A DNA stretch of 64,000 nt from a virus: positions 1 through 64,000 of the IMG/VR virus record IMGVR_UViG_3300020048_003650; one strand, given 5' to 3'. Both the position numbers and the translations under genes were made by a program. How positions within the stretch are numbered: the stretch's first letter is position 1; each line of letters starts with the position of its first letter. This document shows positions 45,069-55,291 of the stretch, in pieces. A model generated the notes under the pieces. That model ran no database searches. It was not told the origin of the DNA and saw nothing but the letters and a program-made list of their open reading frames with translations.

Positions 45069-48000
45069 TTATCCCTTGATAATCAATTTAGTTGCCGCAA
45101 CTGCTGTACCGGCAAATACTGATGGAGTTCCTGGAGTCAGATTCAGAGTTCCGTCAGTCTGTACATAGTAGGACTGACCTGGTGCGAGTCCGCTCTGAGC
45201 ATCGTTCACCGAGCTCACAATCTGTACGTTAGCAGTATCACCGTTGCTGTAGTCTCCGACGTTGATGCCAATGTAGTTTTCTGCGGTTAGGTTTGTCCAT
45301 GCCAGTCTTAGAACATAAGCCCTGCCCACGGTGTCTGAAGATGCCAGTACTACGTTGCGTAGAGGACCATCATCAGTGTAGGTTGCTGCTGTGTAGGTTG
45401 AAGAATTACTATTGTACACCACTGGTGTGTTAAACAAAATTGAGGTGCCGGAAATCTGTCCAGCCACATAGGTTCCTCGATTTGAATTACCAACATTTGA
45501 ATAAGCAATTACTACTCGATCCGCGGCAATATTATAGGTGGCCGATGTGTACCGTACCCATGCACTTTGAAATACCGCCGCTGTTCCAAAAGAGATTGTA
45601 AGATCAGATACTGTGGCCACGATAGCGGTTCCAAAATTACTAGACCCTTGATTACTGTATGCGAATACAACTTTGAAAGAATTTGAATCATAACAAGAAG
45701 AAACATTATCACAGAAGCTGGTGGTGTATTGCACTGGGGTTCCAAGAGTCACTGAACCGGTTGAGCCTGATCCTGTTAATCTTCCCACTATAGCCCAGTT
45801 ACGATTGCTGGCTGGAGTGCCGGCGACTCGCAAAAATCCAATCACAAGTCTATCCTGTTGTGTGTGATAACAGGCTGTTAAGGCATTAGTGTCACCAAAG
45901 TCTGCGTTTTCAAATACCACTGATGTACCAAATACAAATTGAGTATCAACAATTTGAGCTGTGCGTACACGTCCAATGACCGAAGCGCCTCGGTTACGCC
46001 AGACAATTGCAACAGTGTCGGCATCACCGGTTGTTTTTGCTACAACACTAATATTATCGGATCCTGCGACAGTGTCAGAAGTATCAAAGAACTCACTATC
46101 ATTCTGAGTTATCGAGTTGTCAGATACTGTAAACAAATTTACAGTTCCGCGGCCACCGCTCAGTCCGTCGCTGCGATAGGCAACTACAATTTTTTGTGGA
46201 CCAGGAACATAAGTTATCGATATGTAGGATGCGCCGAAGTCGGCAAATACCAACGGTGTTCCAAAAGTAATTGTTGGTGGTAATACGGGGCCGCCCGAAG
46301 AAATAGTACCCACTATTATAGTTCCTCTATTCGAGTTGCCGACATCTCTATATGCAATCACCACTCGATTATTCACTGGGTCATAGGTCGCGGCCGAATA
46401 ACTGGTTTCTGAACCGTCATATGTAACAGCAGAACCAATGGCCGTGATGGCGGATCCACTCACTACGCTGACCGTGCCATCTGCGTTTACAATCACCTTG
46501 TCACCGTTTTCCATTAAACCGTAGGCAATATCAAAGGTATTCAGAGTATTGGCTACGGCCTGCAGTGTGCCGCCACCGCCGCCAGTTGCCGGAGTTGTAA
46601 AACTCAGAGTTCCTGAACCGTTTGTAGTTAGTACTTGACCTGTAATTCCACCTGTTATCTTGACGTTACCAATCGGACCCAATGATACGTTAGAACTGCC
46701 AATAAAGTCGATGACGCCATTCGCTGTTAAGTTACCGGTAGTCACGTTGGTGAGTGCAGCGTTTCCGGCGCTGAATCCACCTGTACTGTTGCGTTGAACT
46801 AGTGTATTAGCTGTGTTTGCTGTATCAGGTGCAAATCCTTGTACTGTATTGGCATTAAGATTGGCCACCAAAGTGGTTGATGAAATCTTCAGTGGTGCAG
46901 TACCGGTGGCTACTGGTATGTCTAGCTGACCCAGTGTGTTAAAAGTTACACGGGTGTAGGCAGATGTGTTAGATACGTTGCTGATGTTGCCACTGGTAAA
47001 TTGTAAATTACCGCCGGTATTGGTGAAATTATCAGGACTTTCAAATATTTGCCAGAGATTTCCACCGAGCCAACCTATACCTTCACTCGAACCAGGATCT
47101 GCTATAGTTATATGGTTGACATTGGCAATGCTACGGCCGCCCATGTTAAGAGAACCACCTGAGATGGTCATACCGTTAGTAGCTGTAACAAGAGCAGTAG
47201 AGATATTACCACTTGTAGTGTTACCAGTTACTGCCAATGAACTAAGAGTGCCAACTGATGTAATGTTAGATTGTGCTGCTGTTGTAACTGTGCCTGCCGT
47301 AGTGGCAGCGGCAACAGTACCTGTAACATTTGCACCTGTTAGTGATGTCAGTGCTGCCCCATTACCTGTTACCGTAGTAAATGCACCAGTCGAGCCACTT
47401 ACATTACCAGATGTGATGTTGCCAGTTACCGCTAATGATGTTAAGATGCCAACAGAAGTGATGTTAGGTTGTGTTACGGTTGTTAGTGTTCCACCTAGTC
47501 TAGTAGCGTTTACGTTAGCTACGTTTATATTTCCAGTAACATTTAATGCAGCCAGTGTGCCTACGGATGTGATGTTAGGTTGTGCCGCGGTTGTAACAGT
47601 ACCAGCGGTAGTGGCTGAGGCAACAGTACCAGTAACATTAGCGCCTGTTAGTGATGTCAGTGCTGCGCCATTACCTGTTACAGTAGTAAATGCACCGGTC
47701 GCGCCGCTTACATTACCTGTTGCTATTACTTGACCATTTGCTGTGATGTTGCCAATGGCATTTATTGCTCCGGATTCAATGTTACCACCAGTGGTGATAT
47801 CGGTGCCAACTGAGAGGTAGCCATTAGTTTGTAAAAAGTTAGTGGCTACCACAGCGGTTGTAATAATATTACCGGCACTGAATCCACCTGTACTGCTGCG
47901 CTGAACTAGAGTATTGGCTGTGTTTGCTGTAGCAGGTGCAAATCCTTGTACTGTGTTGGCATTGAGATTGGCAACCAAGGTGTTACTGGCTACCAAGAAC

Positions 48001-50600
48001 GGTGCAATACCAGTCACTGGAACAGATATTTGTCCAAGAGTGTTGAATGTTACTCGTGTGTAGGCAGAAGTATTAGATACATTGCTGATGTTGCCTGACG
48101 TAAATTGTAAATTACCACCCGTGTTGGTGAAACTATCAGGGCTTTCAAATATCTGCCAGAGATTTCCACCAAGCCAATTAATACCTTCACTTGGACCAGG
48201 ATCTGCTACGGTTATGCCATTGACATTAGCGATAGTGCGACCACTCATGTTAAGAGTGCCGCCTGTGATGGTCATGCCGTTAGAAGCGGTAACGAGAGCA
48301 GTAGAGATATTACCTGTTGTGGCATTGCCAGTTACCGCTAATGATGTTAGGGTGCCAACTGATGTGATGTTAGGTTGTGCTGCTGTTGTGACTGTTCCGG
48401 CAGTTGTAGCGGATCCTGCGGTTGTTGCTGATCCTGCAGTTGTAGCGGATCCTGCGGTTGTTGCTGAGCCAACTGTTCCCGATACGTTACCGCCCTGAAT
48501 ATTTGATAGATTACCTCCCTCACCTACGAAATGTGCCGCTGTTGAGTTGCCGGTTGTTGTGAAGTTAGGTGCCTGGAATAGTAGTGATGAGTTCCATGAG
48601 TTAGAGGCTTCAAGAAAAGTCAGGCTGCCTATTGTCGGACTTGTATTTCCTACGAATAATCCTCCGCCATTTGCTGTTAGTGCGTTAGCGCCACTAGCAA
48701 TAACGATAGTAGCGTTGGCTATGTCTAAATTACTTACGTTAGAAGTTGTTGTTGTGCCAGTAACGGTCAAATTACCTACGTTGATATTTCCGAATAGAGA
48801 ATTTCCTGTTACTTCTAGATTGATTAATGTTCCTACTGATGTGATATTAGGCTGTGCTGCTTCATAAACCGTGCCAGATACCAGTGCATTTGCAACTTGA
48901 CCCGTAACGTTAGCACCTGCTACACCATTAGCCGTTGCTGCAAAGGCAACTTCACCACTTACATCGGCACCTGCTACACTGTTAGCAACCGCCGCAAAGG
49001 CAACTTCACCGGTTACATTGGCACCTGCTACACTATTAGCCGTTGCTGCAAAGGCGACTTCACCGGTTACATTGGCACCTGCTACGCTATTAGCCGTTGC
49101 TGCAAAATCTACTTCACCCGTGACGTTAACACCGGCTACTGAATCAGCCAATAGAGCGCTTCCAGATGTTGTTGCAAAAGCGGCATTTGCTACTTCACCC
49201 GTGACATTAGCACCGGCAACTGAATCTGCAGTTGTAGCACTAGCCGCTGTTGTTGCAAACGTGGCATTTGCTACCTCGCCAACGACATTAGCGCCAGCAA
49301 CACCGTTAGCTGTTGCCGCAAAGGTCACTTGACCAGTAACGTTAGCACCTGCTACACCGTTAGCTGTTGCCGCAAAGGCCACTTGACCAGTAACGTTGGC
49401 ACCTGCTACTGAATCGGCCGTTGTAGCGCCAGCCGCTGTTGTTGCAAAAGTAGCGTTTGCTACAGTTCCAACTACATTAGCACCTGCTACACTATTAGCA
49501 ATTGATGCAAAGACCACTTCACCGATTACGTTAGCACCTGCTACACTATTGGCCGTTGCTGCAAAGGCAACTTCACCTGTTACGTTAGCACCGGCTACTG
49601 AATCAGCCGCGCCCGCTGTTGTTGCAAAAGTGGCGTTTGCTACTTCACCCGTGACATTAGCGCCTGCTACACCGTTGGCCGTTGCTGCAAAGGCAACTTC
49701 ACCTGTGACATTAGCACCGGCTACTGAATCAGCCGCACCTGCTGTTGTTGCAAAAGCGGCATTTGCTACTTCACCGACGACGTTAGCACCCTGAATATTA
49801 GATAGTTCACCGCCGTCACCTATAAAAAAGCTACCAGAGCCTAGTGTGATGTTGCCAGTAACATCTAGTGTTGTGAGAGTACCCACAGATGTGATGTTAG
49901 ACTGTGTATTGGCGTAAACTGTACCAGATACCAGAGCATTTGCTACTTGACCAGTAACGTTAGCGCCAGCGATGTTTGACAATCCAACGCCGTTACCAGT
50001 GATTGTGCCTGACAGAGTGATGTTAGTAACGTTACCCAAGTTGCCTGTATATGTAGGTAGAAAAAGAGCCACGTCTCCATTGCCGTATCCGCCACCACCA
50101 CCGCTGATGTTTGATATCAATCCGCCGTCGCCAATAAAAAAGTATCCCGTGTTCGCAACGACGTTGCCATCTGATGTCAGCCCACCAACTTCGATTGTTC
50201 CTGTAGTTACAATATTTGAGTTACCGCCACTTACTAATAGTGGTTCACCAGCGAATGTCAGTGTATCGTTGATTGCTGATAGCGGCACTGAGTTAAAGTA
50301 AATAGTTGCGTTAGATACCCACAGGTCTCGCCACTGATTTGTAATATTACCCAATGAGTTAACTGCATTACCATCTGGAATAATATTGCCAACTTGACCG
50401 TTTGCCAAGAAAGCGTTTGCGTTTGCGTTTGTGTAAGAACTACCGTTGCCGCCAGATACTGGTAACAATGTGCCCGTAGAATCGCCTACCCAAACCGAAT
50501 AGGTATCCAAATCTATGACGATTTCTCCGTTGCGGGCTTGCCCGTCATATTGTGCTAAACTTAAACTAGTGTATTTATTATCGTCGCGTCTGATAGCCAT
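45069..50600 (-). CDS. large repetitive tail-fibre/virion protein (1843 aa)
   Basis: GANVTGEVAFAATANSVA and AAQPNITSVGTL repeats, a duplicated internal module, propeller-like C-terminus; late TAAATA upstream. Confidence 0.8.
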   Translation of the reverse strand: MAIRRDDNKYTSLSLAQYDGQARNGEIVIDLDTYSVWVGDSTGTLLPVSGGNGSSYTNANANAFLANGQVGNIIPDGNAVNSLGNITNQWRDLWVSNATIYFNSVPLSAINDTLTFAGEPLLVSGGNSNIVTTGTIEVGGLTSDGNVVANTGYFFIGDGGLISNISGGGGGYGNGDVALFLPTYTGNLGNVTNITLSGTITGNGVGLSNIAGANVTGQVANALVSGTVYANTQSNITSVGTLTTLDVTGNITLGSGSFFIGDGGELSNIQGANVVGEVANAAFATTAGAADSVAGANVTGEVAFAATANGVAGANVTGEVANATFATTAGAADSVAGANVTGEVAFAATANSVAGANVIGEVVFASIANSVAGANVVGTVANATFATTAAGATTADSVAGANVTGQVAFAATANGVAGANVTGQVTFAATANGVAGANVVGEVANATFATTAASATTADSVAGANVTGEVANAAFATTSGSALLADSVAGVNVTGEVDFAATANSVAGANVTGEVAFAATANSVAGANVTGEVAFAAVANSVAGADVSGEVAFAATANGVAGANVTGQVANALVSGTVYEAAQPNITSVGTLINLEVTGNSLFGNINVGNLTVTGTTTTSNVSNLDIANATIVIASGANALTANGGGLFVGNTSPTIGSLTFLEASNSWNSSLLFQAPNFTTTGNSTAAHFVGEGGNLSNIQGGNVSGTVGSATTAGSATTAGSATTAGSATTAGTVTTAAQPNITSVGTLTSLAVTGNATTGNISTALVTASNGMTITGGTLNMSGRTIANVNGITVADPGPSEGINWLGGNLWQIFESPDSFTNTGGNLQFTSGNISNVSNTSAYTRVTFNTLGQISVPVTGIAPFLVASNTLVANLNANTVQGFAPATANTANTLVQRSSTGGFSAGNIITTAVVATNFLQTNGYLSVGTDITTGGNIESGAINAIGNITANGQVIATGNVSGATGAFTTVTGNGAALTSLTGANVTGTVASATTAGTVTTAAQPNITSVGTLAALNVTGNINVANVNATRLGGTLTTVTQPNITSVGILTSLAVTGNITSGNVSGSTGAFTTVTGNGAALTSLTGANVTGTVAAATTAGTVTTAAQSNITSVGTLSSLAVTGNTTSGNISTALVTATNGMTISGGSLNMGGRSIANVNHITIADPGSSEGIGWLGGNLWQIFESPDNFTNTGGNLQFTSGNISNVSNTSAYTRVTFNTLGQLDIPVATGTAPLKISSTTLVANLNANTVQGFAPDTANTANTLVQRNSTGGFSAGNAALTNVTTGNLTANGVIDFIGSSNVSLGPIGNVKITGGITGQVLTTNGSGTLSFTTPATGGGGGTLQAVANTLNTFDIAYGLMENGDKVIVNADGTVSVVSGSAITAIGSAVTYDGSETSYSAATYDPVNNRVVIAYRDVGNSNRGTIIVGTISSGGPVLPPTITFGTPLVFADFGASYISITYVPGPQKIVVAYRSDGLSGGRGTVNLFTVSDNSITQNDSEFFDTSDTVAGSDNISVVAKTTGDADTVAIVWRNRGASVIGRVRTAQIVDTQFVFGTSVVFENADFGDTNALTACYHTQQDRLVIGFLRVAGTPASNRNWAIVGRLTGSGSTGSVTLGTPVQYTTSFCDNVSSCYDSNSFKVVFAYSNQGSSNFGTAIVATVSDLTISFGTAAVFQSAWVRYTSATYNIAADRVVIAYSNVGNSNRGTYVAGQISGTSILFNTPVVYNSNSSTYTAATYTDDGPLRNVVLASSDTVGRAYVLRLAWTNLTAENYIGINVGDYSNGDTANVQIVSSVNDAQSGLAPGQSYYVQTDGTLNLTPGTPSVFAGTAVAATKLIIKG

Positions 50601-50817
50601 GATGTTGAGTATTCCTTATCATTGTATTTATCTCAAATATTAACAAAACTATCCTTGAGATAGTGCATATTTTAATTATTTACAAGCTGCCTACAGAACA
50701 GTTTTAGTTTCTAGCTAATTTTACTATTAGAAAATACAATCGAAAATCTATGAAAAACGCTTGACTAATAGAGTAAATAAAAGTATAATATTATCTACAT
50801 TACACAAGGAGATTTAA

Positions 50818-51258
50818 ATGTCAGACAATTTAAAAGGCACTAAAACAGAACAATGTTTGAAAGATGCATTTGCAGGTGAATCAAAAGCCAACCGTCGCTA
50901 TTTGTATTTTGCAAACATGGCCGATATTGCAGGAGCACAAGATGTTGCATCAGTATTTCGTCACACAGCCGAAGGCGAGACCGGACACGCACATGGTCAT
51001 ATGGAATTCTTAATTGGCGGTGGTTCTGGTGATCCAGAAACTGGCTTGCCTGCAGGTAATGTGGAGGAAGCACTGGAGAGTTCAATCCACGGCGAAACAC
51101 ACGAGTATACCGATATGTATCCTGGCATGGCCAAGACTGCCCGTGATGAAGGCTTTGATGAAATTGCTGATTGGTTTGAAACTTTGGCAAAAGCCGAGCG
51201 TTCACACGCTGGTAAGTTTACTCGCACATTAGCAGCATACAAAGCAGACCAGCAGTAA
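50818..51258 (+). CDS. rubrerythrin (ferritin-like, no rubredoxin domain)
   Basis: AFAGES.ANRRY, ETGHA, E..E...MYP, AE..HA. Confidence 0.92.
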   Translation: MSDNLKGTKTEQCLKDAFAGESKANRRYLYFANMADIAGAQDVASVFRHTAEGETGHAHGHMEFLIGGGSGDPETGLPAGNVEEALESSIHGETHEYTDMYPGMAKTARDEGFDEIADWFETLAKAERSHAGKFTRTLAAYKADQQ

Positions 51259-51350
51259 TTATATTTTAAATATTGCCAAAATTAGAAAAGGGTCTTGACG
51301 ATCCTTTTCTATTATGTTATAATATAGTTATTAAAGTTTAAAGGAATACT

Positions 51351-51770
51351 ATGTTAGAATGTTTAATTTTAGGCGATTCAATCGCGGTTGGAACACATCA
51401 ATTTTATCAAGAATGTCAGTTAGTTGGCAAAGGTGGAATCAATACCTGGCAATGGAATCAAATGTATCCAAAGGCAGATCTTACTGCCGGTACTGTGATT
51501 ATCAGTCTTGCTACCAATGATCACAAATACATCAAAACCGAAGCCGAACTCATTAAAATGCGTGAACGTGTTAAAAGTTCCAGAGTATTTTGGGTATTAC
51601 CAGCAGGAAACTTAAAGGGTAGTGAAGTGCCAATCGAAACTATTCAAGGATATGTTCGTCGGGTAGCAGCACAATACGGTGATACAGTATTGCCAATTCG
51701 AGGCCTACAACGGGATGGAATTCATCCCAGCTGGAGTGGATATCGAGATATTATAGAAAGAACACGATGA
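51351..51770 (+). CDS. SGNH/GDSL hydrolase-like protein
   Basis: LGDSIA, SLATND, DGIHP. Confidence 0.8.
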   Translation: MLECLILGDSIAVGTHQFYQECQLVGKGGINTWQWNQMYPKADLTAGTVIISLATNDHKYIKTEAELIKMRERVKSSRVFWVLPAGNLKGSEVPIETIQGYVRRVAAQYGDTVLPIRGLQRDGIHPSWSGYRDIIERTR

Positions 51771-51895
51771 TATCAAAATAATTTAATTAATAAATTTTTA
51801 AGTTGATTTTAGTGTTGTAAAAATACAACACTATCGATTTGACAACAAATCAGATATGTGGTATAATACACCATACACTCGAAAAAGGAAGAAAC

Positions 51896-52024
51896 ATGTT
51901 AGCAATCGATAATACTACTGGTCGTGTTGTTCGTGTCGTGATCCTAGCCGATGGTCAGGTTTCAATCCGACTTCCTGATGGCACACGTAAAATCATCGCC
52001 CCATTCAGTTTATCTCCGTTGTAA
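51896..52024 (+). CDS. hypothetical protein (42 aa)
   Basis: ATG after module leader; stop lies in the next palindrome. Confidence 0.6.
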   Translation: MLAIDNTTGRVVRVVILADGQVSIRLPDGTRKIIAPFSLSPL

Positions 52025-52103
52025 AAATACAACACCGGTTCGCTTGACAATAAATGAAATTTGTGGTATAATACACACATACACTGATAAAACGGAGAAG
52101 TAA

Positions 52104-52364
52104 ATGATTTCAGCAGCCAAATTACATCAATTATCGAACATTAATGCCGATCAATTGGTCGAACTTCTACTGGAAAATGGTCATGACAACGCCGATGAGC
52201 CTATCATCAATACTCATTTCGACGGTGTTTCAGTAGGTACTGAAAACTTATATTTTTCCTACCAAGCCACGTATGTTCACGTAGACGGCGGACTTCAATT
52301 TGCCGACATAGTGGTAACGTATCACATTGACAGTGGTAAACTCTCAGCATATATTGGTCAATAA
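52104..52364 (+). CDS. hypothetical protein
   Basis: behind promoter module. Confidence 0.7.
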   Translation: MISAAKLHQLSNINADQLVELLLENGHDNADEPIINTHFDGVSVGTENLYFSYQATYVHVDGGLQFADIVVTYHIDSGKLSAYIGQ

Positions 52365-52379
52365 ATAAAGGAACTAACG

Positions 52380-52637
52380 ATGTCATCATTAACCGCATAC
52401 TTAGATACCCGTAACGCTTTTGCATCACTCTTTGGTCATCGACAGTTAAGTTTACAGAATTCAGCCGACCGTCAAGCACTGGCAGATATGATTGACAGTG
52501 CCCTGAGTCCAGAGAACCTGTCCTGTGACGGAGAACTCTCCAGAGCAGAAGTTAATCGCCGCTACCAAGAGTTGATGGCTGTGGCCAATCAGTTGAAAAA
52601 GTTGGATCCCTCAGTTAAATTTTACGAATGTTTCTAA
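52380..52637 (+). CDS. hypothetical phage protein
   Basis: LSPENLSCDGE motif. Confidence 0.75.
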   Translation: MSSLTAYLDTRNAFASLFGHRQLSLQNSADRQALADMIDSALSPENLSCDGELSRAEVNRRYQELMAVANQLKKLDPSVKFYECF

Positions 52638-52712
52638 AATACAACACTATCACTTGACAACAAATCGGTTTCATGGTATAATACACCATACACTTGAGAA
52701 AGGGAAGAAAAT

Positions 52713-52961
52713 ATGTCTAAGTCACGATTTGTATTTTTTGGTGCCACCAATGGTCAGGTAACGGTTTCTATCAATCAAGTTTTGGTAGGCGTGGCAAGTG
52801 ACAGCGAACAGCTGGTTGCTATTTTACAGGAAAACGGCGTTACTCTTGCCGATGAAATGTTTCAAAGTAGCAGTGTTGATTTTGCTGCCGAAGAAGGTTT
52901 TGCGGATGATAATGGTGCCTATGATATCATTGAGCCTGCCCTTGAGTTGATCTCGAACTAA
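52713..52961 (+). CDS. hypothetical protein
   Basis: behind promoter module. Confidence 0.7.
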   Translation: MSKSRFVFFGATNGQVTVSINQVLVGVASDSEQLVAILQENGVTLADEMFQSSSVDFAAEEGFADDNGAYDIIEPALELISN

Positions 52962-53051
52962 AATGTGTTGTAAAAATACAACTCTCTGAGTTTGACAATA
53001 AATGGATTATGTGGTATAATACACCATACACTGAGAAAACAAGGAAAGAAA

Positions 53052-53324
53052 ATGATACAAGCCGAAAAGAATGATGTTATCCGTTCATATGATTTTAAAC
53101 CTATGTACGGTCGTCCTGATTGTTTTGTTGAAGGTAGTGTTATTGAATTGACCAACGAGCCTGGATATGCCGCAATTAAAATTCGTGTGTTAGTAGATGA
53201 GTTTGACGGCCGGCGTTTCGAGGAACGTGGTTATGGTAGTCGTGTTGGCGAAATCGTATTTGTTCCACAGATGGTTTCGTTCGGCGAATACCCAGGTCGT
53301 GTTATGAATCTTACTCGATTTTAA
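53052..53324 (+). CDS. hypothetical protein (paralog of 2472-2726)
   Basis: behind promoter module; shared YDF...C...G.V. Confidence 0.7.
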   Translation: MIQAEKNDVIRSYDFKPMYGRPDCFVEGSVIELTNEPGYAAIKIRVLVDEFDGRRFEERGYGSRVGEIVFVPQMVSFGEYPGRVMNLTRF

Positions 53325-53339
53325 TTCAAGGAATACAAA

Positions 53340-53528
53340 ATGACTAAAGAAAACTTGGCTCAATCTATTCGTAGCGGATTTTTTTCTGAACGTGATAACT
53401 TGTCGGATGCGTTTGACTATGCCTATGCACTATTGAAAAATAATCCAGGCGGAATGACAGCTCTACACGTTGTTCTAAATACCGTAGCAAAAGAAATTCT
53501 CAAAATTGAACAAAAGGAAACAGTATAA
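53340..53528 (+). CDS. hypothetical protein
   Basis: AAGGA RBS. Confidence 0.65.
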   Translation: MTKENLAQSIRSGFFSERDNLSDAFDYAYALLKNNPGGMTALHVVLNTVAKEILKIEQKETV

Positions 53529-53974
53529 TGGGCACACGATCCACAATCGCCGTAGTTCACGAAGATGGCACCGTAAGTCAAATTTATTGCCATTTGGATG
53601 GTCACTTGTCACACAATGGTAAATTGTTGGTAGAAAATTACAATAGCCTGTTGGCTGTTGAATTTTTGATTAGCAAAGGTGCTCTGTCAGTCTTGGCAGA
53701 ACGTGTGACTCCTGATCGTGATCGCATTCATTCGTTCGAAGTGGCACAGAATGGCGTGTGCGTATACTACGGTCGTGATCGTGGTGAAACAGGCTGTGAG
53801 CCAAAAGTTTTTGATACGGTCAGTGATTATTTTCTCTATGGTCAACAAGAGGAATATAACTACTTGTTTGCCTGTGATGAATGGATGTACCAGCTAAAAG
53901 TCAACGACCCTGGAATGCATTCGATATCTGAGGCGTTGGGTATCACGGTAGACAACACAGATACAGTGTTGTAA
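53528..53974 (+). CDS. hypothetical phage protein
   Basis: MGTRS.I, IYCH.DG, YGRDRGE, EYNY.F. Confidence 0.8.
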   Translation: MGTRSTIAVVHEDGTVSQIYCHLDGHLSHNGKLLVENYNSLLAVEFLISKGALSVLAERVTPDRDRIHSFEVAQNGVCVYYGRDRGETGCEPKVFDTVSDYFLYGQQEEYNYLFACDEWMYQLKVNDPGMHSISEALGITVDNTDTVL

Positions 53975-54059
53975 AAATACAACACGATAAAATTTCGACT
54001 TGACAACAAATCGGATATGTGGTATAATACACCATACACTGAGAAAACAAGGAAAGAAA

Positions 54060-54347
54060 ATGTTATCACTTGAAAAATTCAACATACGTATCGTATTCCG
54101 TGGTGAAGGTTACGGCGTCAATGACGCAATTATTCATGATAAGGATCGCCCCCTGGTTGAATTTTACGACGGTCGCTACACAAAAATCAACCCACGCGGC
54201 CAGTTTGTGTCACGCTATTATGCGTCTACGTTATTGGAAAGTGAAAATCGTGGCGGTGGATTGAGTTTGTACGGGGACGTGCCTGAATGGACTGTATCTG
54301 CCGAAGACATGGAAACCGTTTATCAATACATCAAACAAGTGTTGTAA
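54060..54347 (+). CDS. hypothetical phage protein
   Basis: VEFYD, GQFVSRYY, L.GDVP.W. Confidence 0.75.
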   Translation: MLSLEKFNIRIVFRGEGYGVNDAIIHDKDRPLVEFYDGRYTKINPRGQFVSRYYASTLLESENRGGGLSLYGDVPEWTVSAEDMETVYQYIKQVL

Positions 54348-54423
54348 AAATACAACGGTTAAAACTTGACAACAAATCGGACGTGTGCTACAATGTACAC
54401 ATACACTGACAGAGACGGAGCGA

Positions 54424-54684
54424 ATGATGATTAAGTTTGGCAAGAGTAGCACTGATTTGATGTTCTCGGTAAACGGTTTCGAGTATCGCGTATATCGTGA
54501 TGTCCAGGACGACTGCATCAAGAACTATCATTTAGTATTTTTTGGCAATGATGAACTGGAAATTCCAGCTATTGCCAACACATCGCCATATGATGAGCTA
54601 GATTCTGATACTTTTTATAGCCACATTATTGACTGGTTGATGTATCAACCAGATTTCATGAGTTTGATAAATTCTAAAATTTGA
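54424..54684 (+). CDS. hypothetical protein
   Basis: GGAG RBS behind promoter module. Confidence 0.65.
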   Translation: MMIKFGKSSTDLMFSVNGFEYRVYRDVQDDCIKNYHLVFFGNDELEIPAIANTSPYDELDSDTFYSHIIDWLMYQPDFMSLINSKI

Positions 54685-54741
54685 CAACAAATCGATTATG
54701 TGGTATAATATACACATACACTGACAGAACTGGAGAATAAA

Positions 54742-55017
54742 ATGAAAGCAAACGATATCAAACGTGCTATTATGTTGGGCAATTTTACAAACGATGAGTT
54801 AAATTTAATTTCCGAATCTGTTCGCTATGCCAGAGCCTCACTGGTCATGCACAAAAAACAAGAACTATCAGTAGGTTCACAGATTCAATTTTCGTCTAGA
54901 GGTCAGGTCTTTCACGGTACTATCGAAAGCATCAAGATTAAAAATGCACTGGTCGCGACAGCCGGTGGTCGCTATCGTGTTCCGCTGAATATGTTGAATA
55001 TTGCTCAGGTGACGTAA
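54742..55017 (+). CDS. hypothetical protein (SH3-like C-terminus)
   Basis: VGSQI.F...G.I..IK.K......YRVP..ML. Confidence 0.7.
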   Translation: MKANDIKRAIMLGNFTNDELNLISESVRYARASLVMHKKQELSVGSQIQFSSRGQVFHGTIESIKIKNALVATAGGRYRVPLNMLNIAQVT

Positions 55018-55022
55018 AAATT

Positions 55023-55202
55023 ATGGGTCGCGTAAAACAATATTATCATAATTTATTGGGCGGAGGCGAATTGGAAAATGTTCCTTCAATATACAGAATG
55101 AATCCGGAAGAGGTTCATGAAATGATTATCGAAGAAGTTAATACCGAGTTACGTATCATTTCACAGTTACAACAATCGGAATTTGACAACTATTCTGAAT
55201 AG
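55023..55202 (+). CDS. hypothetical protein (59 aa)
   Basis: open frame MGRVKQYYHNL...; weak RBS. Confidence 0.4.
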   Translation: MGRVKQYYHNLLGGGELENVPSIYRMNPEEVHEMIIEEVNTELRIISQLQQSEFDNYSE

Positions 55203-55291
55203 TAGTATAATATGTATTATTACAGTGTGGCGAATATTCCCGAGTTCACTAACACTGATATACAAGTTTCGGGCACAAAAATGGAGTTTTC

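Larger units (their letters stand above)
51812..54741 (+). repeat. array of seven repeated palindrome/promoter/leader modules
   Basis: copies near 51812, 52018, 52630, 52965, 53966, 54339 and 54681 (the last lacks the palindrome). Confidence 0.9.

Noticed and set aside
45512-50301. Plus-strand ORFs inside the fibre gene
   Set aside because: Antisense shadows of a repetitive coding sequence, without RBS.
2412-54059. TTG-started N-terminal extensions (MTINR.../MTTN...)
   Set aside because: The TTG is the -35 box of the promoter module; the true starts are the ATGs after the RBS.
51812-54741. CRISPR array
   Set aside because: The repeats are promoter modules separated by whole genes of variable length; no cas genes are in the window.
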